From Octopus vulgaris (Eukaryota), in NCBI GenBank assembly GCA_951406725.2, contig OX597814.1, positions 114,080,001 through 114,144,000 on the forward strand: a stretch of 64,000 bases of DNA. Reading direction: 5' to 3'. Of this stretch, positions 13,659-27,891 are shown piece after piece. Made by a program: the position numbers and the translations under genes. The number at the start of each line of letters is the position of its first letter. Position 1 is the stretch's first letter. Below the pieces are notes generated by a model, which saw only the letters and a list, made by a program, of their open reading frames with translations, did not search any database and had not been told where the DNA came from.

Positions 13659-15283
13659 GGTGGTGGTGGTGGTGGTGATTGGTGTGGCAGGTATCAATGG
13701 TGTTTTCATGTAGCTAATGTGGGAGGGTTCTTTACTTTTTACTGCACCTTGTATCTCGGGGGAAATGGTTTCCCTCGCTAATATTAAACGAAATCAACTT
13801 AGTAACTGAGTGCAATGGGTTCTTATTATAACATATTTCAAATTCCATTTTAAACATGACTAATCAGCGTATAAAGATATTAAATGCATCTCTGTTCTAG
13901 AATGATGGATTGATTTAACAGATGAATTGACAAATGGGCGCCGTACATTCTGTCGCTTCGCAGAATGGCAGAAAGACTTCGTACAAAGTGTACTGGTCAA
14001 CATAACTTGCAAAGCTGGACAAGATATTTACCTCGAAAAGTAGCAAAACACTCTACTAAAACGAAGTTACCAAGCGCCATAAAATGTTTTGCAATTGATA
14101 TACAAAGAACAAAATAGTTTAAGAGAAATATGTACTCCACTTACAAAGTCATCAAAAACCACGAAAAGACATGCAACGCTGTCGTAAAGCTGCTCCATCA
14201 ATTTGAAACATCTTGTTCAGATTCCCAATTTAAAACGGTGGTCTAATTATATTTCTATAAAAGGCATGATCAGCTCCGTGAATTTAAGTATATCGCCATA
14301 AAAGGCATTAACGACATAAAAGGCATAACGACTTAAAAGAAGTTGTATGAATTCCCGCCAGACTGTATTTTCGAAGGTTCTAGAAACTTTGCTGGACGTT
14401 ATAAAAAACAAGAACATTGAGCCCTAAAATAGGTTCACGTCAGGTGCAACATGGAACTCTGTCGTTAGTTCCATAAAATATACTCTTATTTTCTTCTGCC
14501 TGTTTTGCATAACATACTTTTATTTCATGTTCATTAAAAAATAGACAAATCTTGTGTGTAATACCGACGTACATACATACATACGTACAAATCTTGAGAA
14601 ATTAGGTTTCTCAAAACCAGAAAGGAGAAAGCTAATTCGAAAACTACAGATCTTTTCCATCACTGGAACTGTAAAGATCTGTAAAACTTTCCAGAAGTTT
14701 ATCATTGAAATATATATGAGCATATCTAGATATGCAACTATATGCATGAGAATACATAAAGCAAAACTTAAAAATCTGCACATACATACATACATACATA
14801 CATACATACATACATACATACATACATACATAACCTGTTGTTGATGTTGAAATTCCACTGAAGGAGCAATGTCTTTCTAGAAGACATCCCTGAAAGTATA
14901 TTGGTTTCCACATTTCAGCCCAATGCCAGTAATATCGGTGGTGGCGGGATGAGTTGATTACATCGAGCACAGTGATCAACTAGTACTTAGCTTATCAACC
15001 CTGAAAGTATGAAAGGCAAATTTGACCTTGGCAGAATTTGAACTCAGAGCGTAAAGACGGACAGAATGTCGCTAAGCATTTTGCCCGACGTGCTCTCGAT
15101 TCTATCAGGGCACACCCTCATTCTTGAACGTAATTTCTAAGCAAAATATCAAACTGGAATTGTACATGTGTGTAAGGTTTTATAAGACCTACACTGATAA
15201 CATCGGAGGACATTATGGACATAAAGTTACGCTGCTGCCAACCGTTATAAGAAAAATGCATGTAAGAAAGTTTTTTCTACTCA

Positions 15284-15665
15284 AGCACAAGGCCCGAAAT
15301 TTTGGGGGAAGGGACCAGTCGATAGATTGACCTCAGTGCGTAACTGGTACTTAGTTTATCGACCCCTAAAGGACGAAAGGTAAAGTCGACTACGGCAGGA
15401 TTTCAACTTAGAACGTAAAGACAGACGAAATACCTATTTCTTTACTACCCACAAGGGGCTAAACACAGAGAGGACAAACAAAGACAGACAAACGGATTAA
15501 GTCGATTATATCGACCCCAGTGCGTAACTGATACTTAATTTATTGACTCTGAAAGGATGAAAGGCAAAGTCGACATCGGCGAAATTTGAACTCAGAACGT
15601 AGCGGCAGACAAAATACGGCTAAGCATTCCGGCCGGTGTGCTAATGACTCTGCCAGCTCGTCACC
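15284..15665 (-). mobile_element. Composite family-B SINE (two units)
   Basis: Minus-strand junction AAAGAAATA|GGTATTTCG near 15434. Confidence 0.85.
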
Positions 15666-16289
15666 TTAACGTATATTAGAAATTGAAAATCTTAACAGCA
15701 GAAAAAAATATAATGTTGCACAGACTGTACTCATTAGAAAATGTCCTACGTATTGAAATATTGCTCATTTTAGTTAATAAAAAGAATGTTAGAAGATTCT
15801 TCTCTGTAAATGGGAAAGAAATAACGAAACAGAATACTTCCTAACTATTATTATAAGAAATAAATATATATTTCTCTCTCTCTCTATGTCTGTCTGGTTA
15901 GCAGGTACTTACGGCTATTTCCGCGAGCTAAATATTTCTTATCTTCTCCAATTTACGCAAACTAGGAAACCATATTCTACTGCATTGATGATTTGAAGAA
16001 GATTTTCGATAGATCTTGGAACTGATTTTTAAAAGCTGTTCCGTAGCGAACTTCAAAAATAATCAATATTCGAGATTGGATGTGGCAACAAAAGTACTTC
16101 CTCCAGAAGATAATTGTCCTGAAGCGGTGGCTTATTGAAGAGGTTGTAAGTTCTGAGTGGCTTGGGACTCACACAATCAAGATGTATGATATATATATGC
16201 CTGCGACTTCAGAATACTTCTCTCTGTGTGGAAGTAATTTCTTTGTAATATCACAGATATATTGGGAGCTTGAAAGGTTTCTGCTCATG

Positions 16290-16469
16290 TGCAAGTACAT
16301 ACGCACGCACACATACACACACACACACATACACATACAAACACACACACACATATATATTTACATTCACACATGTATGTGTATGTGTCTGTATATGTAT
16401 GTATATATATATATACACACATATATATACATGTATTTATATGCACACACATATATACACATGCATATA

Positions 16470-16537
<68 letters not shown>

Positions 16538-16689
16538 ATATACGTGTATATGTATGTATGTATGTATGTATGTATATTGATAGACAACATGCAAACGTAA
16601 TTTGCATAAACACACGCATTATTTTACATATATATGCACATATATGCATATACATGCAAATATATATGTGTGTATGTGTGAGTATATAT

Positions 16690-16727
<38 letters not shown>

Positions 16728-16765
16728 ACATACATATATATATGTATGCATATATATATATATAT

Positions 16766-16830
<65 letters not shown>

Positions 16831-16938
16831 CATATATGTATGCATATATATATACACATATGTATGCATAAATGTATATATACATACATATTTACGTCTG
16901 CATACAGACCCCTTCACACACACACACACATATACATG

Positions 16939-16990
<52 letters not shown>

Positions 16991-17060
16991 TACATACATA
17001 CATACATACATACATACATACATACATACATACATACATACATACATACATACATACAAC
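16290..17060. repeat. Degenerate (TA)n/(CA)n/(CATA)n microsatellite field
   Basis: Directly visible; source of many spurious YIYI/MYVC ORFs. Confidence 0.95.
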
Positions 17061-17597
17061 CGTCCGTACACGTACGTACAGCAGTACTCAGAATTCTCAG
17101 TAGATTCGAGGAGAAAGAAAAATATCTCCCTGATATCCCATCCTCCCCTTCCCACAAATTCTTACAGCATTGTCGTCACTTGATACAAGTTTTATTTCAT
17201 ATTTTGAAAGAGCTTTCAAGTTACGTAACTCAATGATGACTTTTTTCTTTAACTCAACAACGACCTCACCATGCACAATAAAATTCAAACTTCAATCGAC
17301 AACAAGAAAGGCTATTCTGTTATTTTGTCATATTTTATCATCTACACATCTACTTATTTATCTACGCATTCATCTCTGTCTTTCCTTTTTTCTTCGCTTC
17401 TATATAGTCGTTAGTTATTGTATTTTCCAGCGTTGAGGAAAGGCCGATTTTTTACCTTTTACCTTTCGTAAAATTAATTCAGAAAAATCTTTCTGCGCTT
17501 TCTGGTAGATGGCTGCTATATTTTTCGTATGACGATTTTAATCCCAGACAAAGATAGAAAGAATATCTTTATCAAACTTACTGTATCTTCTTATATG

Positions 17598-17688
17598 CAA
17601 TATTCCCTCGACTATCGCGGGTGTTACGTTCCAAACCCTGCCCCGTGATAGGTGAAAATCTGCGAAGTAGAAACAGTACCGTACTGTA

Positions 17689-17731
<43 letters not shown>

Positions 17732-17840
17732 TGTATATATTTATTTTATTAATAAATGCAAAACAACACCACGGAAGAATCGGGGTAAGCTTAAATAATA
17801 AACCGCGATAGGTGAACCGTGATATGGCGAGGTATTACTG
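17598..17840. mobile_element. pogo/Tigger-type MITE with internal (TAT)n
   Basis: TIRs CAATATTCCCTCGACTATCGCGG / CCGTGATATGGCGAGGTATTACTG followed by TA. Confidence 0.7.
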
Positions 17841-17863
17841 TACACACACAGACACACACACAG

Positions 17864-17898
<35 letters not shown>

Positions 17899-18901
17899 TA
17901 TATACATATATGTACAAATAACTTATAAACAAGAGCAAAAGAAAAAATTCAAATGCTAAATATGCCGAAAATAGACTTAATCGTCAATAAGCATATCATT
18001 TATCACTATAAGCATGCGTCTGGAAAGCAAGCCGATAGAAATTTCTAAAAACTTTCGTTATTATCGGATCGATCCCAATTTCTGAGTTAATTCATTTATA
18101 ATTTTCTCGTCATCAGCGATAAATACGATAAGAAAATAAATGAGATACTTACTTGTACCCATGGAAGAAGTAAATACTAAGTCATGAGCACACTTAAGTA
18201 CCCCAAATATATCCAAAATAGGAATTCCACAGCATACCTCGAGACACGTGTGTTCGGACTGAAAATTTCATAGAGTGAGAGAGTCCGGAAGTGAATAGTA
18301 TTAAATTTATATCTAATATAGGATAAAATTTTCGAAAAAATTTTATCTATGGCCAGCATATTAAAAATTACCTTTAAAGGTTAAATTTATAAACAACTTA
18401 TAAACAATGTTTTTGATATGTTTGGCATCTTAAGTCCTGTTCCAACCTGCTATTAAGTAATTTGCATCTCGATGTAAAGATTTGGTACATTTCTTCTATA
18501 CATAACTCACAGTTATTTCCTCCTGATCGATACGGCTTAGCCGTACTAATTATCTCGCATTTCGTGGTAAAGCTATGGTTCCCACCTTAAAGGGACCAGA
18601 TTAGTTAGCTTCGGGTCACGCTGTTCATTTTACTTTTATCTCTAAATGAATTTAAATGATTAGCAAGTCCTTTTTAAAGAAAATTAGCGGGCTAGTTCCT
18701 ATATAGAAGTATGTCCTTCCCTGCATCTATACACTATATTATTCCTCAAGTATTTAGAGTTTAAGGGGCATACTTTATTCCTAGCACAATTACAGAGCCC
18801 TAAATCCTTGTTTCTATTATCAGCAACTATTTTGTTTTACTGCTCGCCAGGTATTTGTTCTTATGTCGATATATATACCATTGGAATTTTCTAAATGGTT
18901 G

Positions 18902-18938
<37 letters not shown>

Positions 18939-19519
18939 TATTTTATTTATTTTAGTCACTGGACTGCGATCATGCTGGGATACTGATTTGAAGGGGTTAG
19001 TCGAACAAATCGACCCAGAACTTTTTCAAGCTTGTTACATATGATATCGTATTCTTATGACGTGTCGCTAGATTACGGGGATGTAAACAAAACAACACCG
19101 GTTACCAAATGGTGCTGGGGACAGAAGTAAACACAAACACAACGACACACACATAGACAGACACACACACATGTGTATGTGAGCATGCATATGTATTCTT
19201 TTATTATTATATTACTTGTTTCAGTCATTAGGATTGTAGCCATGCTGGAGCACCAATTTGAAGAATTTTAGTCGAAAGAATCATCTCCAGTGCTTATTTT
19301 TAAAGCCTAGTACTTATTCTGTTGGTCTGACGAGGTTCTTTTAGTTTCCGTCAACCAAATCCTACACAAGGAACTGGTCGGCCAGGGGCCATAGCAGTAG
19401 AAGACACTTGCCCAAGATGCCACACAGTGAGGCTGAATCTGAAACCCTGTCACTGGGAAGCAAATTTCTTCTCTATACACCCACACCTATGCGTGCGCAT
19501 GCACGTACACACATATAGG

Positions 19520-19915
19520 TTTCAAATTTTGGCACAAGGCTAGCAATTTTGGGGGAAGGAGCTAAGTCGATTAGATCGACCCCAGGGCTTGACTGGTCTT
19601 TATTTTATCGAACCACGAAAGGATGAGAGGCAAAGTCGACCTCGGTGAGGTTTGAACTTAGAACGTAAAGACGGACGAAATACCTATTTCTTTACTACCC
19701 ACAAGGGGCTAAACACAGAGAGGACGAACAAGGACAGACAAACGGATTAAGTCGACTATATCGACCCCAGTGCGTAACTGGTACTTATTTAATCGAGCCC
19801 GAAAAGATGAAAGACAAAGTCGACCTCGGCTGAATTTGAACTCAGAACGTAACGGCAGACGAAATACCGCAAAGCACTTCGTCCAGCGTGCTAACGTTCT
19901 TGCCAGCTCGCCGCC
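19520..19915 (-). mobile_element. Composite family-B SINE (two units)
   Basis: Same AAAGAAATA|GGTATTTCG junction near 19684. Confidence 0.85.
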
Positions 19916-19919
19916 TTAC

Positions 19920-20203
19920 ACGTACACACATATACACACACATAGAGGGAGAGTGAAAAAGAGAGAACGATACATATGCGCATACACACACACATATGTA
20001 TGCATGTATGTATGTATGTATGTATGTATATATGCGTGTGCATGTGTGTATCGTTCTCTCTTTCCCGCTCTCTCTTTCCCGCTCTCTTTCCCGCTCTCTC
20101 TCTCTCCCTCTGTGTATACATACATACATACATACATACATACATACACACACATAAATATATGTATGTGTGTATGTATACATACATACATACACACACA
20201 CAC

Positions 20204-20246
<43 letters not shown>

Positions 20247-20514
20247 CATATTTGTATGTATGTATGTATGTATGTATGTATGTATGTATATATACACATT
20301 TATAGGCATTGACACCAATTCAACTATAAATACCAGCATAATTTTATTTTTAAATGGTTTCATCTAAATTTTAAATATCCATGCGTAGACATGAATACAT
20401 TTTGTTTGTATTATTTCTTTTTTATCGAATTAACAAAGAAAAACGTGGATATTCATAAATACTCTGTTGTATACAATAAAATCTCTTCTCAGATAGAAAC
20501 GTCCATTGTGGAAC

Positions 20515-20545
<31 letters not shown>

Positions 20546-20601
20546 TAGCCTCTCTCTTTCTCTCTCGCTCTTTGTCTATATATATAGTGAGAGCTAGATA
20601 G

Positions 20602-20680
<79 letters not shown>

Positions 20681-20843
20681 CAGATAGATAGATAGTTAGA
20701 GAGAGAAAGAGAGAGGGGGAAGAGATAGAGAGATAGAGTGACAGACAGATAGAAAGATAGACAGATAGAAAGATAGATAGATAGACAGACAGACAGATAG
20801 ATAGATATATTTATCTAGATCTTTCTTACATATGTGTTTGTTC

Positions 20844-20874
<31 letters not shown>

Positions 20875-20910
20875 TGTGTGTGAGTGTGTGTGTGTGTGTG
20901 TGCGTGCGTG
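19920..20910. repeat. Microsatellite field (TATG)n, (GATA)n, (TG)n
   Basis: Directly visible. Confidence 0.9.
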
Positions 20911-21513
20911 TGCATCTATCTTTGTCCATCTACCTATCAATCTGTCTGGCTCTTTATTAATCTATCAACGCGTGCGTACACACACACACTCACACACCTT
21001 TCTACTATTCCACTAAATAAAAACGCAATATTGAAGCATTATGTATGACTTTTACATTTTGTTTAACGTGAAAATAAGACACACACACACATACACACAC
21101 TTGATGTTGGCTGTAAATTTTTCCGTGCAATACAACGCATTCCTGTTCACAACAGTTTCTTCAAAATCGATCCAAGCTTGAATCAGTGAATTTAAACACG
21201 AATGATACTTCGGGCAATTTGCTGTTTCGTGCTTCTCAGATGTTATCTGTATGTCCTATCGTTTATTAACTACCTTATCCAGTCTTGAAAATAATTATCG
21301 ATCCTTTACACGTTTCCTTCAGTTATTGGATGTCTTTCTCGATTACTTTGCAATGCCTGATCCGATGCAAATATTTGCCTTCCTTCTGTGAAAACGACCA
21401 ATTCTTACTGGTCTTCAGTAACAAGAAACAGCTTCTCAGAGGAAATAAAAACCCAGTAATTCTCAGTGTTATACAATTCCGTCTAAAGTGGACAATAATT
21501 GAAACTTGTTTTG

Positions 21514-21897
21514 ACGGCGAGCTGGCAGACACGTTAGCGCGCCGGGTGAAATGCTTAGCGGTATTTCGTCTGCCGTTACGTTGTGAGTTCAAATTCCGCC
21601 GAGGTCGACTTTGCCTTCCATCCTTTCGGGCTCGATAAATTAAGTACCAGTTACGCACTGGGGTCGATGTAATCGACTTAATACCTATGTCTGTCCTTGT
21701 TTGTCCCCTCAATGTTTAGCCCCTTGTGGGTAATAAAGAAATAGGTATTTCGCCTGCCGATACGTTCTGAATTCAAATTCCGCCGTGTTTGACTTTGCCT
21801 TTCATCCTTTCGGAGTCGATAAAATAAGTACCAGTTAGTATTGGGATCGATGTAATCGACTCGCATCCTCCCGCGAAATTTCAGGCCGTGTGCCTTT
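21514..21897 (+). mobile_element. Composite family-B SINE (two units)
   Basis: Junction AAAGAAATA|GGTATTTCG near 21744; second unit ends CGAAATTTCAGGCCGTGTGCC. Confidence 0.85.
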
Positions 21898-22159
21898 ATT
21901 AGAAGGGGGTTTATATTTTGCATAAATTAGTCCAGAAAGGGAGGTGCTTATGCGATTTGAAACTCCAACATCCCTAGAATAATGTGTCGGCTGATGCTCA
22001 ACTTGAACGCTTAAATCAATGTCTGATGAATAAATGTGCAGCAAGCAAAAAGCCAGAAATCTCTTCCCGAATTCTTGCAATAAAGGTGATTCCACAAAAG
22101 GCATTCAAAGACTAGATGTTGTTGTTGTTGTTATTTATAACTCGGTCAACCTTTAGCTG

Positions 22160-22482
22160 TGAAGGCGCGTGGCTTAGTCGTTATGGTATTCGGCTCACAA
22201 CCATAAGATCATGAGTTCGATTTTCGGCGGTGCGTTGTCCTTGAGAATGACACTTTATTTCACGTTGCTTCTATCCACTCAGCAGGCAAAAATGAGATGT
22301 ACTTGTAATTCTAAGGGGCCAGTCTTATCACACTATGTGTCACACTGAATCTCCCCGAGAACTACGTTAAGGGTACACATGTCTGTGGAGTGCTCAGCCA
22401 CTTGCACGCTAATTTCACGAGAAGGCAGTTCCGTTGATCGAGCCAACTGGAACACTCATCGTCGATAACCGACGGAGTACCA
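22160..22482 (+). mobile_element. tRNA-derived SINE, family C
   Basis: Head GGCGCGTGGCTTAGT...GAGTTCGATT; related copies near 32415, 39445, 51278, 54678 and 63222. Confidence 0.8.
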
Positions 22483-22789
22483 ATAACCCTTAGTAAAAAG
22501 ACCTGTTATTAAGACGTTCCAGCCGTAACTATCCTGGCCGTCATTTTTTCTTTTCAACTATCGTGTATTCTGGACTATATTAGCCAATGTATTCTTTCCA
22601 AGACTGTAGAGTTTGATTTCTATGAATTTAGCTGCTATTAGTAGCAAGTCGGGTGACCAAGTAAAGGCTCTCTTAGAACATGTCCTCGCACGTGGCTCGA
22701 ACCATATTTCTATTCTATTCTGTCGTGAAGGTTTTAAACTGGAAAGCGTGATACAGCTACCATTGTTATATAATTTTTTATATTTATGC

Positions 22790-23328
22790 GCCCTTTTCAA
22801 GCCTAGCCAGGCTCATGGGCCCGGTTTCCCGGTTTCTGTGGCGTATGTGTTCCCCACCAGCAGCTGGACGGGACGCCAGTCCATCGCAGCGTTACTCAAG
22901 AAACAGGAAGAAAGATTGAGAGAAAGTTGGGGCGAAAGAGTACAACAGGGGTCGCCACCATCCCCTGCCGGAGCCTCGTGGAGCTTTTAGGTGTTTTCGC
23001 TCAATAAACACATACAATGCTCGGTCTAGGAATCTCGTGAAATTACCTATTTCTTTATTACCCACAAGGGGCTAAACATAGAGGGGACAAACAAGGACAG
23101 ACATAGGTATTAAGTCGATTACATCGACCCCAGTGCATAACTGGTACTTAATTTATCGACCCCGAAAGGATGAAAGGCAAAGTCGACCTCGGCGGAATTT
23201 GAACTCACAACGTAACGCAGACGAAATACCGCTAAGCATTTCGCCCGGCGTGCTAACGTTTCTGCCAGCTCTACCGTGATCCTCTGGCCGTGAGTCTGCT
23301 GCCCTAACCACTGGGCCATTGCGCCTCT
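22790..23328 (-). mobile_element. Family-C-related SINE with a nested family-B SINE (23048-23270)
   Basis: Tail matches 51420-51510; the nested SINE B tail abuts GGTAATTTC on the minus strand. Confidence 0.75.
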
Positions 23329-24071
23329 TCATTGTTATATAAGAAATTTTAAAGGTTGTATTCGTAACTACAGCAACGAAAATTGCTTGTCTACAATTTT
23401 CTTATGTTTTTCCTACTCAGCTATAGAAAAAAAATGTAGTTCCACAGTACTTGGTTGGAGAATGCTGGTTAAATATAGAATTCAAACGTGGAATATTCTA
23501 GATATTAATTTGAAATAATCCACATAAATGTGTTTGGGAAAATGTATATCAATAACTCAATTAGATGGATAATTTTGTTGTAGAAATGTTAAGGAAAATG
23601 CAGGTGAATATTTTTGAGCTCGTGTCAAAGTAATTTGCTTTGAAAAGTGAAATGTGAGCAAGCAGATGAATGGACATAATTAAAGTTAGTTAAGCATGCG
23701 CAAATTTCCTACTGAGGCTATGCCAAGGTAAAAGTCAACTTCTTTGAAAAGAGAGCGAAATGCGACCAAAATAACTATTGACACACATTTGCTGCCAAGA
23801 GAAATAATCAGAGTTTCAGAGGGTCGGTGGGAGAGAGGGAGAGAGAGTTGCCTGCGCCGATTGAATGCTGTCAAGTGAGAAAATAAAAGAGATTAGATTT
23901 ATTGTAGTTGTATAGAGAAATTAGCTCCTCATACTATTAGTCAAAGGTGCTAATTTCCATTTGTTTCCAAAATAATACACATGACAGAGGTAAACTAAAA
24001 TGTCGACATTTGATATAGGATCAGTGTAGAGACATTAACCCTTAATGTCTATCGCAAATTTGATATTTAAT

Positions 24072-24715
24072 CTTTTATTCTTTTACTTGTTTCAGTCATT
24101 TGACTACGGCCATGCTGGAGCACTGCCTTTTTTAGTTGAGCAAATCGACCCCAGGACTTATTCTTTGTAAGCCTAGTACTTATTCTATCTGTCTATTTTG
24201 CTGAACCGCTAAGTTACGGGGACATAAACACACCAGCATCGGTTGTCAAGCGATGTTAGGGGAGAAACACAGACACACAGACACACACACATATATATAT
24301 TTCTTTATTGCCCACAAGGGGCTAAACATAGAGGGGACAAACAAAGACAGACAAACGGATTAAGTCGATTACATCAACTCCAGTGCGTAACTGGTACTTT
24401 ATTTATCGACCCCGAAAGGATGAAAGGCAAAGTCGACCTCGGTGGAATTTGAACTCAGAACGTAACGGCAGACAAAATACGGCTGCGCATTTCGCTCGGC
24501 GTGCTAACGTTTCTGCCAGCTCGCCGCCTTAACACACACACACACACACACACACATATGTATATATATATATACATATATACGACGGGTTTCTTTCAGT
24601 TTCCGTCTACCAAATCTACTCACAACGCTTTGGTCGGCCCGTGACATGCAGTGGGACTGAAACCGGAACCATGTGGTTGGTAAGCAAGCTATTTACCACA
24701 CAGCCACTCCTGCGC
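24072..24715 (-). mobile_element. SINE family A with a family-B SINE nested in its microsatellite (24300-24529)
   Basis: Homology to both families. Confidence 0.85.
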
Positions 24716-24914
24716 TTCCTGTAGATGCTTCTTTAGAGTTGAACAGAATTTCCGATATTATTTGCTAAATACGTGCACACACATACACACACATGTATGT
24801 ATGTATGTATGTATGTATGTATGTATGTATGTATGTATGTATGTATGTATGTATGTATGTATGTATGTATGTATGTGGTTCGTATGTATGCATGCTTGTT
24901 TGTATGTATTCTGC

Positions 24915-25745
24915 CGATGTAACTGCTCTCTCAGTGTCTCGGCTTGCTGATGATGGCCAAATCCAAGACCCTACTGGAGTTTATAAGCTTGAAGATTATA
25001 AGGAAGCAGATGCTGGATTCGCAATCTGTAGTACCTTAGTCTAAGCTGTGTGAGTTGCCCCACGGTATCACCGACAGAATCATGGCACTTCGTTTCTATC
25101 TATGTGGTGGTAGATACGCTACCCTGATTGGCATCTATGCACCTACACTCGCGAGTACTGAGGACGACAAGAGCCTGTTCTACGAAGATCTCCGAAATTT
25201 ACTGCAATCTTCCCCCAGTTCGGACAAGGTTATCTTCTTTTGTGACTGCAGTTTCAGAATCAACAAGGACTGGCAAATGTGGAGTTTGCTTTGGACTATA
25301 TGGAATGGCTAATGTAAATAACAATGGCTTACTCCTGCTCGGAATGTGCACCGAGTTTAAGCTGTTTACATGCAGCACACAAATCCCAGCCCAAAAGCGA
25401 TCGTGTAGCAACATGGGTTCATCCAAAATCAAAGCTATGGCATTTGCTGGCCTACGTGATTGTCTTTAAGCGTGACATACGAGATGCATTTGTAATGTCC
25501 GTTCCTTACGTGATGCAGAGTGCTGGACAGATCATGCTTTGGTTGATGGAAGATGCGCTTGGCCATTAAGTCTCCTGCTCGGTCACGTAAGTCAAACTTA
25601 CCGAACATTTTGATGATGCTCAACTCCATTCTCCAGTTACACAAGCCATTCTGCAGGACAAACTCGTCATAGTAACATATTCCAAATCATGGAAGAAAAC
25701 CCATGATCAAATCTACAATGCCACTAGGGACGTAATTGTTACATT
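24915..25745 (+). pseudogene. RTE LINE apurinic-type endonuclease fragment (frameshifted)
   Basis: GFAI...ITDRIMALR...TLIGIYAPT...FYEDL...NNNGLLLLGMC...ATWVHPKSKLWHLLAYVIV...CWTDH motifs. Confidence 0.85.
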
Positions 25746-25819
25746 GCAATGATATCATTATTCCGAATATGCCTGATGCACGTTCGAAATGGGAAACAAG
25801 CTACTCATCACTGCTCTAC

Positions 25820-27074
25820 GCAATGCATTTAATGTTTAGACAAAGGTTTCCGATTTTCATTTAATATCGGATCGCTTCACTTTCACAATTTACATAAAAA
25901 CACAAACGCTACGATCTACCCACTTATCCACATCACCTTTCCTATCTAAAGAACAGTAAATTGTTGTTTCAAAATTGATTCGTCTCGAATTATATTTCTG
26001 TGAAGTGGTCAGCGTTAGGAAGGGCATTCGACCGCAAAAACCATGCCAAAGCTAACACTTGAGTTCATCGCAGTTCTGCGGCTCGTCGAGTCCTGTCAAA
26101 CCGTCCAGCCCATGCCAGCATGGAAAAGGGACGTCAAATGATGCGTTTGAATAACACCTTTGTTTTATTGGAATCCTGCTCCAACGCTGAGGGATGATTG
26201 GCAAAATTCACCTCAGCAGGATTCGAACTCGGAACATAAAGTGGCTGAACAAATCTTGTCTGTACTGCAATATAATTCATACACACCTTGGTTACATTTC
26301 TTGAAGGCTTCAGTAAGAACAATAGAAAAGAGTTAACTACCAGGTGTTACAGCTTTCTCCAAATCACTGGATTAATTTAATGAAAATGACCAAGCAATAA
26401 GTGCGATTCTTACCACCAAGAGCAATGCACAAAACCGCCCTTTGCAGAAAAATCTAAAAGAGGCACAGAAGAGACAAGTAAACAATGAGTTTAAGCAAGC
26501 CAAGGCTAATGCAGAACGCACTCTGCAGAAAATGCCTGGTAGTTAACCCTTTTCTTTTGTTCTTACTGAAGCCTTCAAGAACTGTAACCAAGGTATGTAT
26601 GTGTTATATCGCAGTACAGGCAAGATTTTTTCAGGCACTTGATGTTTTGAGTTCGAATCCTGCTGAGGTCAGTTTTGCCAGTCATCCCTCAGAGTTGGAG
26701 CGGTGTTCCAATAAAACAAAGGTGTCAGTCAAACGCGAGAAACAAATCTGTTTCACCATCATCATTTAACGTCCATTTTCCATGCTGGACGGTTTGACAG
26801 AATCCGACGAGCCACAGAACTACGATGAACTCAAGCGTTAGCTTTGTCATGGTTTTTCCGTTCGAATGCCCTTCCTAACGCTGATCACTTCACAGAAATA
26901 TAATTCGAGACGAATCAATTTTGCAACAACAATTTACTGTTCTTTACATACGAAAGGTGATGTGGATAAGTGGATAGATTGTAGCGTTTGAGTTTTCTAT
27001 ATAAATCGTGTAAGTGAATTGATCCGACATTAAATGAAAATCGGAAACCTTTGTCTAAACATTAAATACATCGC
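25820..27074. repeat. Long inverted duplication (arms 25820-26344 and 26535-27074, ~190 bp spacer)
   Basis: Arms are colinear reverse complements; ORF-track peptides 26134-26322(-) and 26485-26769(+) are homologous. Confidence 0.95.
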
Positions 27075-27891
27075 ACTATTTTGTCGATTTAATTTAATGA
27101 CCCCTACCCACAAATATTTTTGATCTTGTTCCTTTGTTAGAAGCAAGTATTTTGCTTTCTGGAGACCCGACTTAGAACTGCAGGATTACCTGCGGGAGGT
27201 ATATTGCCTGGTCGGGGAGGAAAGGTAAGAGGCATTAGTGCCTCGATTTGAAATTTGAATTAGTTATTTTTTGGTAAGAGGCTCAGCGCCTCAACTTGTA
27301 AGGACAATTGCGTCCATTCTTTGAACTTTGGTAAGAGGTTCAATACCTCATTTTGTGTTGTTGAGAAAAAGAGAACAATGTTTTCAGGAAGCAGCAATCG
27401 GCGGGCATTGTCTGCTTCCCTCACCAACCATCTTTTCATTTTTTTCATTTCATTATCATTTGTGTCTTTGTCCAGCCCGCAGCTGCATCTTTGTAAGGTT
27501 GTATGGCCAATTTATGAAATAAAGTATTGTTACGTAATAGCTGTAAGTAAAGACCATTTTCAGAAGAAAAGGTTTGACAACGAACACAGGAACTTTTTAA
27601 AATCCTTCTTACAGTCAGAGATTTTTCAAATGTTAAACACTGATGCAATTTTGCATGTTGATAGTGAAAACCACATTAATTTTCTCCGGAAATCAATCAT
27701 AAAACTGTTTCATGCCCTTCCGATTAGCTAAAATTTGAAATTATAGTTAATCGGAAGTTTCCTTCTTTACCAACATGCATAGACCCCCAAACTCATAATT
27801 TATTCTAATTTATTAAAACGTGTTATATTCATTAATATCGGTAAAACACATTTTGTAAATCTATTTTATTTGCTTTTCTTTTTCTTCGCAG

